64,000 nt of DNA from assembly GCF_001194135.2 (NCBI RefSeq), contig NC_069002.1, positions 1,193,926 through 1,257,925 of the forward strand, in the 5' to 3' direction. This document shows, piece by piece, positions 1-12,173 of the stretch. The stretch is from Octopus bimaculoides. Taxonomy: Eukaryota. The translations under genes and the position numbers were made by a program. The notes below the pieces were generated by a model that saw nothing but the letters and a program-made list of their open reading frames with translations, made no database searches and was not told the origin of the DNA. Each line of letters begins with the position of its first letter. Positions within the stretch are counted from its first letter, which is position 1.

Positions 1-59
1 ATGGCAAAAAGAAATGAAGAAAAAAGAAAATATAATAATAAAATAAGAAATATTAAATA

Positions 60-75
60 ATGATAATAATACTGG

Positions 76-112
<37 letters not shown>

Positions 113-250
113 CACAACGACGGCGACAACGATGATGATGATGATGATGGTGATGATGTCGATGGTGATGATAGTAATAACGATTATGGTGATGGTGGTG
201 TAGTGGTGATGGTGATGATGATGATGCTGGTGGTGGATGATGATGAAGAT
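60..250. repeat. (GAT)n/(GGT)n trinucleotide microsatellite
   Basis: Direct reading: runs of gatgatgat interrupted by ggt/gac variants. Confidence 0.9.
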
Positions 251-346
251 GGTGATGATGAAATAAAAAAAAAAAGAGCAGCCTCTGCCTTGGGAAATCA
301 ATTTGTAATGTGGACATCAGCTTTAACAACAAAGTCAGCAAGTAAT

Positions 347-440
347 TTCTCTCTCTCTCCTTCTCTCTCTCTCTCTCTCTCCTTCTTTCTCTCCCTCTCT
401 CTCTCTCTCTCTCCCTCTTTCTCTCTCTCCCTCTCTCTCT
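347..440. repeat. (CT)n microsatellite
   Basis: Direct reading: ctctctct array with few interruptions. Confidence 0.95.
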
Positions 441-606
441 CTGTTTTTTTTATTTCTTTATATTATTCTGTTTATTGTTTTTGTTTCTCACGTTGATTTA
501 TCAAGTCGTTGTTGTTATTGTCATTGTTTTTTTTTCTTTTTTAATATTAGATTTATTTATTTTCTGTTATGGCGGTGATTGTTGCTGTTAAATTCTGTTT
601 TCTGGA

Positions 607-840
607 TGTTCGTTGATGTCGTTTAGCCCCAGGTCAGCTCTGATCACGAAATCCTATGATTCAAAGACGTTCCAGTCATGACATCCCGTCTGCCTTTTTT
701 TTTGTTTCTTTGTTTCTTTTTATATTTGCAAGTAAACTCAGACCAGAACCACATTGTCTCATCTGTCCTTTTCCATAATACTAGTGTGTGATTTAAGGGA
801 TATTTTACTGCTATTTCTAGCTGTTGATCTGCTTATACGT
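607..840 (-). mobile_element. Family D interspersed repeat (SINE-like, (CAA)n-type tail), diverged copy
   Basis: gtttagccccaggtcagctctgatc...ttccagtcatgacatccc is the reverse complement of the segment at 59113-59195; gtgtgatttaagggatattttactgctatttctagc is the reverse complement of segments at 26228-26270 and 63315-63381. Confidence 0.7.
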
Positions 841-1822
841 GTGTGACAGAAGCAGCAGTTTTCTGGGTGTTATAATAATGGTTGTCATAGAGTCAGTGGT
901 GATGGTCATGGTGTAGGTTGTGATGGTGCATCAAGCCGTAGTCGTCGTGGTATGACAATTCTGGTAGTGGTAGCCTCTATGCTAGTTGTAGTAGTTGTAG
1001 TAGTATAGGTGGTGGCTGCAGTGGTCTCGGTGGTGGTTGTAGTCGTATCTATAGAGACAGTAGGGACAGCATGGGCGATTGTATTAGTGGTTATGTGTTT
1101 ATCTTGTTGCGGTTGTGGCGGTAGTAGTGTTGGTGGTAGTGTTAATGGTGGTGGTGGTGTTTGCGGTTGTAGTAATCGTTGAGGTGATAGTATCCCTGAT
1201 GAAAGTGGTGGTAGCGGTGGTAGCTGGTATGCGTGTGTCAGCACGCATGTGCTTGTATGCGTGCGTGCGTGTGTATGTGCGTGTGTATGCGTGTGTATGT
1301 GTAGTCGATGGAAGTTCGATTCAGTCGGAAGGTCGTCGGTGTACATGCATGTGCGTGTTCTAATGTGTTTATGTATATATGCATGTGTGTGGGTATTTAT
1401 GTGTGCGTGTTTATGTATATGTGTTTGTACATGTATGTGTCTATATGTGTGTAGGTGTGTGCTTATGTGTGCGAACATTTCGTGTACTCATGTGTGCATT
1501 TGAATGCGTGTGTGTGTGTATGTGCACGTGTATGTGTGTTGGCGTGTATTTGTCTGTGTGTGCGCGCATGCATGTGCGCTTGTATGTGTGTGTATGCACA
1601 TACTTGAGTGTGTGTACGTATATTTGTATGTGCGCGTGTGTGTGTGTTTGTGTGTGTACGTGCGTGTATTTGTTTGTGTGTGTGTGTATGCGTGTATTTG
1701 TTTGTGTGTGCGCGTGTGTGTGAAAGTAGTGATTAGAAGTTGTACCTGTATTGGTGGGTTAGTTTGGGGTGTCTTGATGTGTTGATCATTTCCCTATTGG
1801 CCTCCGACGTTGATGACTGCGT

Positions 1823-2159
1823 NNNNNNNNNNNNNNNNNNNNNNNNNNNNNNNNNNNNNNNNNNNNNNNNNNNNNNNNNNNNNNNNNNNNNNNNNNNNNN
1901 NNNNNNNNNNNNNNNNNNNNNNNNNNNNNNNNNNNNNNNNNNNNNNNNNNNNNNNNNNNNNNNNNNNNNNNNNNNNNNNNNNNNNNNNNNNNNNNNNNNN
2001 NNNNNNNNNNNNNNNNNNNNNNNNNNNNNNNNNNNNNNNNNNNNNNNNNNNNNNNNNNNNNNNNNNNNNNNNNNNNNNNNNNNNNNNNNNNNNNNNNNNN
2101 NNNNNNNNNNNNNNNNNNNNNNNNNNNNNNNNNNNNNNNNNNNNNNNNNNNNNNNNNNN
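1823..2159. other. Assembly gap (N run)
   Basis: Direct reading. Confidence 1.
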
Positions 2160-2350
2160 GTGTGTGTGTGTCTTTGTTTGTTCCCCACCACTGCTTGACA
2201 ATCGGTGTTGATGTGCCTACGTCCCTGTAACTTAGCGGTTCGGCAAAAGTGTTCGATAGAATAAGTACTGGGGTCAATTCATTCGGCTAAAATTTCTTCA
2301 AAGCGGTGCTCCAGCATGGCCGCAGTCTCACGAGTGAAACAAGTAAATGA
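2160..2350 (+). mobile_element. Family A tRNA-derived SINE, 3' half
   Basis: accactgcttgacaatcggtgttg...gtaacttagcggttcggcaaaa...ccagcatggccgcagtc...gtgaaacaagtaaa matches copies at 30605, 46380 and the reverse-strand copy at 28576. Confidence 0.85.
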
Positions 2351-2443
2351 TGATTTACGTGTGTGTATGTGTGTGTGTGTGATATGTATTGCACATAATA
2401 TCTCTATATCTATCAATCTTCATCATTATTTTACTTACACACA

Positions 2444-2475
<32 letters not shown>

Positions 2476-3673
2476 ATTGTGTGTGTGAGTACTTTTTGCA
2501 TTGGTACCCTGACTTTCCAAGAATTTCTGTTTCTGCAAGTAACGTTTTTTTTTTTATAATGTATAAGAACAAAAACAAAATGATTCTTCCTTTTCGAAGA
2601 ATCACTCTTCTCATCGTTTGGCTCGAATATTTGAAGTCACACACGAGAAAATTAATTGATGTAGCATCTGAAACTGTACAGGAATGATTTCAACGCATGC
2701 CATTGGCTCATCAGCGCTATTTCTTTGAGTTAGTTCGCTTTTCATAATTATGCAATGAAGCATGCAAGCTACATTGCAGAAAATTATTTGCAGCTTAATT
2801 TTTACCTGTAACAATTTGTCTAATGATTGAGCAGGTATGAATGTATTATTTCACTGATGAGTTTTCTTAAACGAGAACAAAACTGAATACGACCCAAAAC
2901 CCAATCCAGTACTGGGTACGTTATATTTGCTAAATCAATTTCTCTTTTAATAACGACCTATAACTCCTAACAATATTAGTTTGCTGCAATATATTAATAT
3001 ATCACAGATAAGTATGAATGTCTAAACGAGGAAGGAATCACACTCGACAATGGAATAATATTAAAGTACAACAATATGAATTAACTCATTCGTTCCTCCT
3101 AATACTTTCTTAGCAGCTCACCTTGACATTTCTTTGACGTTTTGCCAGTCAAAGGTAATGCCTGACCTGAGAGATCCTTTCTTTTTTTTAATGATCAACA
3201 CCCATTTTCATAAATACAGTTCATATTCTCCGAAATAAATCTAACCACATAAGTTTTTCACCCACCACACACACACTAGTTCAGTTATATATTCCAATGA
3301 GCTTTTATTTTAATTAGTTTAATCATTTTAATTTTTCATAATTCCTACAGCTACTCATTACTCTTTCGTTAGACGTGGGCGATGTCTTACTATTTAGCGG
3401 CGCTGTTGTAAATATTTATTTATTTTACAGATATCGTTTATCTTCCAGCCTTTTCTAGAAGACAGTAAAATGATTTCATTGTTTAATTTTGTTAACTTAT
3501 CTTCTCTACAACACATACAAACGTTTATATAATCTCGTTAATATTCCACGTAGAGAATTTAACCATTCATTATTCTACATCAGTTCCTAGATTATTTTAT
3601 ATCTTTTCAACACAAATAATAATCCTACATACGTGTTCTTTCATCTAGTATTACGAGTCTTCTTCATCTGGAG

Positions 3674-3874
3674 CAGTCGCTGTCAACTGAGGTCCACATG
3701 ACCCTTTGGGGTCCCTATAAGATTTTGCTGTTCAAATATATATACACTAAACTGGTAAGAATTCTACAATACATAAAATATTGTAACAAGTTTTTATAGA
3801 ACTCCTGAATGGCGAGGAGGGTCCACCCGGGTAAAATAACAATCAAAGGAGTAAAGAATGGTTGAGAACCACAG
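3674..3874. mobile_element. Short non-autonomous hAT/Charlie-like MITE
   Basis: Right end ggttgagaaccacag (3860-3874) and left end cagtcgctgtcaact (3674-3688) form a degenerate 15-bp TIR pair (10/15) resembling the CAGTGGTTCTCAACC Charlie-type terminus; internal ggggtcc/gggtcc motifs. No clean 8-bp TSD. Confidence 0.5.
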
Positions 3875-3945
3875 AAGGTAAGGACGGACGAAGCGCCGCT
3901 AAGCATTCCGTCCAGCGTGCTTAACGATTCTGCCAGCCACCGCCT
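3875..3945 (-). mobile_element. Family B tRNA-derived SINE, 5' head fragment
   Basis: gacggacgaagcgccgctaagcattccgtccagcgtgcttaacgattctgccagccaccgcc is the reverse complement of the head of the copy at 59942. Confidence 0.8.
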
Positions 3946-3947
3946 TG

Positions 3948-4030
<83 letters not shown>

Positions 4031-4095
4031 TAATAATAATAATAAAATAATAATAATAATAATAACAAAAATAATAAAAATAAAAATAATAATAG
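3948..4095. repeat. (AAT)n microsatellite
   Basis: Direct reading. Confidence 0.95.
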
Positions 4096-4439
4096 TAATA
4101 GTAATAATAATAATTTTGTGAAAAAAGAAGGGGAAGAGAAGAAAAGAAAAGAAACAAGTAGAAGAGAAAGAAGAAAATATTGACGTCGTCATCGTCGTTT
4201 TGTCCTTGTTGCTGTTGTTGTTGTTGTGGGTGTTGGTGGTGGTGGTGGTGGTGGTTGTGATGCTGCTGCTGCTGGTGTTACTTTCTATTTTTGGTTCTTA
4301 TGAAATCTCTCCGGACCATCTTGCCGCTTGCTTAATTATCACCGCTCAATAGATACCTAAACCAATGATTAAACCTCTCAGATTACTTCTCATACACTCT
4401 TTGATCCGGGCGATTTTCTTCATTACTTTCGCTTGTCAT

Positions 4440-4513
4440 TGCTATCATTATTATCATTATTATTATTATCTTTATCATTATTATCATTATTATTATTATC
4501 TTTATCATTATTA

Positions 4514-4563
<50 letters not shown>

Positions 4564-4639
4564 ATCATTATTATTATTGTTATTATTATGAGTATTATCA
4601 TTATTATTATCATTGTTATTATTGTTATTATTGTTGTTG

Positions 4640-4689
<50 letters not shown>

Positions 4690-4756
4690 GTTATTATTAT
4701 TATTATTAATATCATCATCCTCATCCGCTTCGTCATCATTATCAATGTTATCTTTG

Positions 4757-4792
<36 letters not shown>

Positions 4793-4795
4793 GTT
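4440..4795. repeat. (ATT)n/(GTT)n compound microsatellite
   Basis: Direct reading; includes a short duplicated ~30-nt variant block (tttatcattattatcattattattattatc). Confidence 0.95.
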
Positions 4796-5024
4796 GTTGT
4801 TATGAAAATTGTTATGAATATTGCTGTTGTTGATGTAGTTATTACTTTATCTTATTTATTATTCATCTTTCATTTTCACTTCTGAGTGTGTGTGTGTGTG
4901 TGTGTTTTGTATGTGTGCGCGCGCGTGTGGATTATAGTACATTTCAATGTGTGTGCGTATATGGACACACACACACATACTCACACACATATATGTATAT
5001 ACATATACAAACGTATGTATGTGG

Positions 5025-5086
<62 letters not shown>

Positions 5087-5496
5087 NNNNNNNNNNNNNN
5101 NNNNNNNNNNNNNNNNNNNNNNNNNNNNNNNNNNNNNNNNNNNNNNNNNNNNNNNNNNNNNNNNNNNNNNNNNNNNNNNNNNNNNNNNNNNNNNNNNNNN
5201 NNNNNNNNNNNNNNNNNNNNNNNNNNNNNNNNNNNNAGAGTGAGAAAGAGAGAAAAAAGGTGTATTTGTGTGAACCTGGAATTATAAGATGAATATCACT
5301 TATTAACTGACACACGGGGATCAATTAGGGACATGCTCAGACATATGTCACAAATATGCCTTGTGCCGAGGTGTGCATGTGCAGATGTTTACCGATCAGT
5401 TGTGTGTCTCAGTGTGTGTGTGTGTGTGTGTGCGCGTGTGTGTGTGTGTGCGGTCTGTGTGTGTGTGTCTGTGTGCGTGTGTGTGTGTGTGCGGTC

Positions 5497-5527
<31 letters not shown>

Positions 5528-6273
5528 TTGTTACTGTGTATCTGTGTGTCCCTATTTGCGCTCTTTGTTCGCTTGTATAAGTACGTATGCATGTGTGTAT
5601 GCACGTGTTAGTGTGTATATATGTTAGATTCTGAAGTATCTAAGCTGTGCTTCTATATATATATATATATATATATGTATACATATATAACATATACGTT
5701 GTTTTATGCCAATGCATTTCATATTAGTTTGTGTAAACGTTTGTATGCGTGTATGTAAGTGCAAATGAATGCGTGTATGTGTATACGTGTGTAATGGAGT
5801 ATATGAGGGCTGCCAGTATGTGTGTGTGTGTATGTATATTTATATATATATTTATATAGTGTTAGTTGTGTACGTTTTTGTTACTTTCGTCATAGCTGCA
5901 TATTGGAGTGTTTTGCGCATAAAAGTGCAAACTGGATTTTTCAATATGTATGTGTGTGAGTATACGTACATGTACGTGTATATAAACGTATGTATATGTC
6001 TGTGTGTATCCATTGTGTATCTTTAACAGGCGAGTACTGAAGGCAGAGCGACCAAACCAAAGAAGGTTTTGACACTAGTGCGGATAATAGGATTAAGAGT
6101 CCCTTGTAGAAGAACAACAATTGAAACCAAAAAAATATTAATATAATCTCGACAAGTCATCTCCTGGCATTTTTTCTTCTGGATGTCGCGGCTTGGAAAC
6201 TATATTTGGGCAATTTGGAATTTATATAATCTTGTAAGTGGAGGGGCCAATTGGTGTGTATGTGTGTCGATTG

Positions 6274-6683
6274 TCTTTTACTTGTTTCCGTTGTCCGATT
6301 GCTGTGATGCTGCAGAAAAGGACTTGAAGGAGGGATCAGTCGAAGAAATCGAGCCAGATGTCTATTTATAAGCCTGTTACATATTCTATCGTTCTATTTT
6401 GCCAAATCGTTAAGTTACAGGGGCATAAACATACCACCAATGGTTCAAAAGCAGTGGTGGAAGACACACATACCAACAAGAATACACACTCATATAGATA
6501 CACACATTCATTAACACACATACACACACATGCGGACGGTCTTGTTCCGGTTTCCGTCTATTAGATCTACACACAAAGCTTCGCTGGGCCCGAGGCTATG
6601 GTAGAACACGCCCTTGCAAGGTGCCACGCAGTGGGACTGGACCTGGAAATATGTAGTTGGGAAGCGAACTTCTAACCACACAG
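6274..6683 (-). mobile_element. Family A SINE, near full length, diverged
   Basis: Reverse complement gives a head with A-box/B-box-like motifs (ctgtgtggttagaag...ggtccagtcccactgcgtggcaccttg), a central (TG)n segment and the 3' end gaaacaagtaaaaga. Confidence 0.8.
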
Positions 6684-7566
6684 TTTCGTTTCGTGTGTTT
6701 GTGTATATGTGTGTGTGTTTTTGTGTGTGTGTTTTTGTGTAAGTGCGCTTTGCACAGCGGATATACCTTGTTACAGAGGTTTAATTAATAACAAGGGGTT
6801 AATTAACAGTAACAACAACAACAAGATACGATGAAGTAATAAAATATACTACAATTTAAAGTGAAGAGTACTGCATTGATACTATGATCATAATTAGAAC
6901 ATTTTTACTTTGTTATTATTATTATTACCATTATTATTTTTATTTTTATTTTACTGTGTAGAATGAAAGAATGAAGGAAAGAGAGAAGGGAATAAAGAAT
7001 GCTAGGAAAAAGAAAATAAGGAAGAACGGCCAGTAGAGGGCAATACGACAGAAAGAAAGAAAAAACACCATTTCTCTGTGATTAAACTGTGTGAGTTACG
7101 GCTGAATTAAACGAAATTGAACATGGGAATAAATGAAATAATCACAGAATAAGATATGGAGAAATTCTATATATACATGTATATTAATGTTTTATGTTCA
7201 ATTATAAAAAGAACTATTTTACATCCGTCCGATGCGTTACTCTGTACTTTTGTTAAGTACAAATTTATTTTCCTCACACAAGAATGTTGTTGACAGTGAC
7301 TTCAAAGGTTCGGTTCGACGATGGCTTAACTGGCTGAAAATTCGATGTCACTGTGACTTGTCAAATCGACTTGTCAGTTTCTAGAATACTCCATAGGATG
7401 AAAGTCTGGTCGCCTCAACCAAAAATATGCCTTGGGCTAAAGAACATGAAAATATATAATAGCTACCGGAAGCACTACCACTAACATGACAATCTCCAAT
7501 ACTACCGCAACCACTATGAATGCAACACCACTACAACCACTACTATCGTTACTGATGCTATTGCTG

Positions 7567-7606
<40 letters not shown>

Positions 7607-8089
7607 CACTACTGATACTACTAATACTACTACTGCTGCTAATAGTACTAATACTGCTGTTACTGTTATTGATGATGATGATGATGATGATGATGAAGCT
7701 ACTACTACTACTACTACAATCACCCGTACCCACTACGCATATCTCGTCACTAAACTCACCCTTTCACTCTCACCTAATACCCCTACCCTCTTTACTCCTT
7801 ATTATCTTCTGCTAATTAAATACTTAGCTACAATCACCAACCGAAAGCCAGCTCTTTACAGGCGCGCCATCATCGATTTTTGATTTTCTAGATAAAGCAG
7901 ACGAAACACGCCATAACCGGAAGCTGCGTTGTAATTACTTCCTCTTTAAACGAAACTTGCTAAAAGGTACGTTGATTTTTATCAAGACACCTGTATCGTT
8001 CTGGCTGTTTTTTGTATGTTTTTTTGTATAGATTTTATCTGTTTTCATTTGATTTGCTTTTTACACTTTTCTATTTCAGAGGGGAAAAA

Positions 8090-8120
<31 letters not shown>

Positions 8121-8379
8121 GGTAGATAAATAAACGTAAATAAAACTACTAAAAATATATATGTATATATGAACCGAACTAACAAATCAACTCCGCCATA
8201 AAAAACAACCACATCAAAAAAAGATAAAAAGACTCCTTGAAAAATAATATATAAATATGATAAAGTTTCAATCGTAAACCTCTGAAATTTATAATTCCAA
8301 TTTGAAAATAAATATATTTTTAAATATTAAAAAGAAAAATCATGTAATTAATTGAAGTATTTAAACTAAATTCGCAAAA

Positions 8380-8575
8380 GCGCCTGGCTTAGTGGCTAGG
8401 GGCGTTGGGTTCATAATCGTTAGATTGTAGTTTCGATTCCTGGGCCGTTCGATGCGTTGTGCTTTTGTGGAAAACATTTTATTTCCCGTTATTGAAGTTT
8501 ACCGAGCTAACAAAAGCGAGTATTTCCTACTAGGGGCTGGCGTCCCACCCAGGGAGTAAGGATATAAGCGCCGGG
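8380..8575 (+). mobile_element. Family C tRNA-derived SINE
   Basis: tggcttagtgg (A-box) and gtttcgattcc (B-box) followed by gcgttgtgcttttgtggaaaacatt; the same head appears in reverse at 14980-15080. Confidence 0.65.
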
Positions 8576-8694
8576 GAAAACTGTCCTAGGCGTCTATGTG
8601 ACTCGACAAGAGTCTTTATATTTTTTCTTTAAAATACATGCAAAAAAATAAAACAAAATAAAAATGAACAAATATATAAATAAATAGATGCTGA

Positions 8695-9240
8695 CATGGC
8701 TACGTGGTTAGGAGGATCGCTTTGCAACCATGTAGTTTAGAGTTCAGTTCCACATTGAGGCACCTTGGACAAGTGTCTTCTACGATGGCTCGAGTCGACC
8801 AATATTTTCTAAATGGAACCATCGTGTGTGTGTGTGTGTGTGTTTCGATTCCATGCGACGTAAAGTACTGCAGGCCCCCAACAGAAGCCCATCTTTTTAG
8901 GCTTCAGATTACCGATTCGGTCTGAGAGATACGGTATTCTATTAGGGGCCCGCGAAAATTTAAGTCGCACAGAACCGAATCAAAGTTTTAAATAATACAT
9001 GTAACTCCTACTAAATGTGTTCAGTGCCCCTTGCTTTCATTTTTCCACTCATTCATGTGTGTGTGTGGTGCTTGTTCAACCACCTCTTGACAACCGGTAT
9101 TGGTTTGTTTACATCCAAGCAAGTTAGCACTTCAGCAAAACAAATGTTAGAATAAGTACGTTTTGTAAAAACAAAGGGCTGGGAGCAAATTCATCAGCTA
9201 ACCCTTTCTAGACAATGCTCCAGAATGACTGCAGTCCAAA
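8695..9240 (+). mobile_element. Family A SINE interrupted by ~210 bp of unrelated sequence in its central microsatellite
   Basis: Head 8695-8820 (tggctacgtggttag...gttcagttccacattgaggcaccttggacaagtgtcttctac); 3' half 9055-9240 (accacctcttgacaaccggtattgg...ctccagaatgactgcagtc). Confidence 0.7.
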
Positions 9241-9261
9241 AGGTAACGCTGTCGGATTGAA

Positions 9262-9415
9262 CCCAGTAACCTAAAGTTTCGGCAAAAGCGACCCATATAA
9301 TATGTACTACGCTTAACAAATATTTAATTTCTGTGGTCGATTCATTCCGCTAAAATTTCTCCAAGGCGATGCACTGGTATAACCACAGTCTAATGACTGG
9401 AACAGATAAAAACAT
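9262..9415 (+). mobile_element. Family A SINE, second 3'-end fragment in tandem
   Basis: gtaacctaaagtttcggcaaaagcgacc...gtggtcgattcattccgctaaaatttctccaaggcg...cagtctaatgactggaac. Confidence 0.7.
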
Positions 9416-9439
9416 ACACAGTTATGCCAAAGCTAGTTT

Positions 9440-9510
9440 CGAAATCGGAACGTAAAGCAAAGCGAGTAATATAGCAAGATGCATTTTGTCCGTAGCTCTA
9501 TCGCCTCTGC
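9440..9510 (-). mobile_element. Family B SINE head, old diverged fragment
   Basis: tcggaacgtaaag...gcattttgtccgtagctctatcgcctctgcag resembles the reverse of the family B head. Confidence 0.45.
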
Positions 9511-9854
9511 AGTCAACGGAAATATTATTGCTACTAATAATAATGCTAATAAAAGCGGTGTGTACGGAGGAATTGAAATGAAGAATTTAAAGTCAAAAGT
9601 TAAAATTCAAGAACTATTTGTGTAATGTAATTACAGAACAGATGGTAGAATAAATAGAAAAATATAAAGAAAGAGAAAGAAAAAGCGAAATCTGAAGAAA
9701 TCTTAAAAGGTTAATGTAGAGTAAATTAAAGAGAATCTTTTATGCAGACCAGTTTTTGAAATATGGAAAAATAGTTATCTTCATATCCCTGTGGACTCCA
9801 TCTGCGGTATGGTGGAAACTACGTATGTGTGCGTATGCATGTTTTCTATGTATA

Positions 9855-9873
9855 AATATAAATAAACATATAC

Positions 9874-9921
<48 letters not shown>

Positions 9922-10105
9922 ACATCCTTATATATAAATATACTTATGTATATATACACACATATATATATATCTATATGTATGTATACATATCTAGCTA
10001 TACATTTACATATATGTATCTCTGCATATGCGAAATATACATATATGTATATACTACATATATATATATATGTGTGTATGTATATATATATATATATAAA
10101 TATAC

Positions 10106-10136
<31 letters not shown>

Positions 10137-10174
10137 TATATATATATACTTATATATAAATATAGTTACATATA

Positions 10175-10213
<39 letters not shown>

Positions 10214-10530
10214 ATATATATTTGTATGTATATATAAATATACAGTTGTACATTTACATATATGTATCTCTACATATGCGAAATATACATTTACGTATAT
10301 ACATATATATATTTATATATATACATATATATATGCATGCCTATATTTAGGTTTCTGTCTTATATACATACATATGTATATACATATATATATATATATA
10401 TATGCACTTGTGTGTACATATATACACACATATATACACATATGTAGGCATCTATACATTTATATCACTTAGAATGGACAAATACATATATGTATGTATA
10501 TGTGTGTGTATATGTGTGTGAGTATGTGTG
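9855..10530. repeat. Long degenerate (TA)n/(CATA)n low-complexity tract
   Basis: Direct reading; source of the YIYI-type ORFs in the track. Confidence 0.95.
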
Positions 10531-10543
10531 TGTGTGTGTGTAA

Positions 10544-10860
10544 TGTACAAGAAACCGAATTCTGCTGCCACGCAGAGCCTTCCAGGATCGAACCCCTTTC
10601 ACCAGTGTTTGAACAGTCTCCAGCAGCTTCATATAGCTGTCTGAATTGAGTGCAAGGCCCTTTTTTAAAGATGTCACCCTCACTGGAGACACAACCAGTG
10701 TCCATCAAAATCCTGCCGGCCACGGTTTAGTAGCACACGTTGTGGTTGACCACATCACTTCTTTCAACCTTTACAATGGTCACAGTACTCTGAGCAGCAG
10801 TTATGATGTCAGCATTTTGATACCCGGTGCGAAGCATCATGGTACAGGTAACCCTTGGCC
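10544..10860 (-). mobile_element. Tc1/mariner (maT/DD37D-like) transposase remnant, internally deleted and frameshifted
   Basis: Minus-strand frames give GCVSSEGD, GLALNSDSYMKLLETV and AWQQNSVSC, which match the mariner/maT catalytic region pattern (G.VSSEGDVMPP..F..GL.LN...Y...L...V ... WQQDSAP.H); the second catalytic Asp reads as Asn. MMLRTGYQNADIITAAQ just upstream resembles the N-terminal HTH region. Confidence 0.7.
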
Positions 10861-10864
10861 AATA

Positions 10865-11360
10865 TTCACATGGCCTTTGAAGCCCAAGCTGGTGCACTAT
10901 CTGCTCCTGTATCCTGATGGCAATTTTGAGACGTTTGGTACCATGCATTAGCACCCCGTCCTCCTTTTTGTGTAAGTGACAATACCAAAGTCTGGAACAA
11001 GATTCTCTAGGATTTTCCAGATGAATATTATTGCATATCTTTCCCACCTTCGCTGCAGGGAGTACAATCTTAACTCTTTCAGTCTCTTCCAGCAGCTGAT
11101 GTATCGCATTATGTCGATCTTCTTTGTGTAGCTTCGCTGGATTTTCCCGAGTTCCTTCGGTGATTTCACACTGTTTAGTGACCACAGTTGGGAACAGTAA
11201 CTCAGACAATTTAGAACAAAAGTCCTCCATAGAACCATCACGGTTACCTTTCTTCTCGTTTTGAAAGTTCAAAGGATCTACTCGGCTAAACGTCTGCATT
11301 TTATTGCCAGCTTAGTAATGCGCACCTGCAAAGATGCATCAATATTCATGTCGCTGCCCA
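10865..11360 (-). mobile_element. LINE (CR1/L2 group) ORF2 fragment, C-terminal reverse-transcriptase region, pseudogenised
   Basis: Minus-strand translation: KCRRLAE*IL*TFKTR...MVLWRTFVLNCLSYCSQLWS...QRSYTKKI...WKRLKELRLYSLQRRWERYAIIFIWKILENLVP, matching the LDYCSQLW and L.SL..RR motifs typical of CR1/L2-type ORF2 C-termini; in-frame stops present. Confidence 0.85.
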
Positions 11361-11462
11361 TATACGTGTATGTATCTGTAAAAATAGGTGACACTTATTC
11401 GGTAGTCATGATAAAACTCCGAGTTTCGGATGCCGAGTTTCGGATTCAGTTTTCATTTATAT

Positions 11463-11501
<39 letters not shown>

Positions 11502-11575
11502 TGTGCTTGTTTGTCCGTATTACCTATGTATCTACTTATCTACTTATCTATCAGTTTACTTACATGTCCATTTAC

Positions 11576-11608
<33 letters not shown>

Positions 11609-11832
11609 TACATAACAGCCTAACACATCTACCTGTGTAGATGATAGATAGATATATGTACAAACATAATACACACATACACACACACACACATAATAGA
11701 AAAGTATACTTTTCTATTAGATGTACATGTAAACAGATACACATGCATCTATATTTACCCATATAGAAACATGTCCTCTCATACTCTCTGACTCACTATT
11801 TCTGTCTCTCCCTATCTCTCTTCGACTCTCTA

Positions 11833-11887
<55 letters not shown>

Positions 11888-12080
11888 CACTCACGCGTGC
11901 TCACACACATACACACCCACACATACCTATATAATTGAAATCTCAGGACACAGTGTTTGATTTCTTTGAGGAATTGAAGATGGAAGTCAGCGGAAAGTTT
12001 TAACGTAAAATGTGTAAATTTGATACTATTTCTTTGAAATTAATCAAATAAAACACACGAGTGAAGTTCAAATTTAATAC

Positions 12081-12082
<2 letters not shown>

Positions 12083-12170
<88 letters not shown>
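12083..12170. repeat. Perfect (TG)n microsatellite
   Basis: Direct reading. Confidence 0.97.

Positions 12171-12173
<3 letters not shown>

Noticed and set aside
2853-2875. CTGATGAG hammerhead start
   Set aside because: No GAAA box or credible stem II follows.
8380-8470. tRNA genes at the SINE heads (also 15000-15080, 46173-46220, 59942-60030)
   Set aside because: A/B boxes are present but no intact cloverleaf, and each continues into a shared SINE body.
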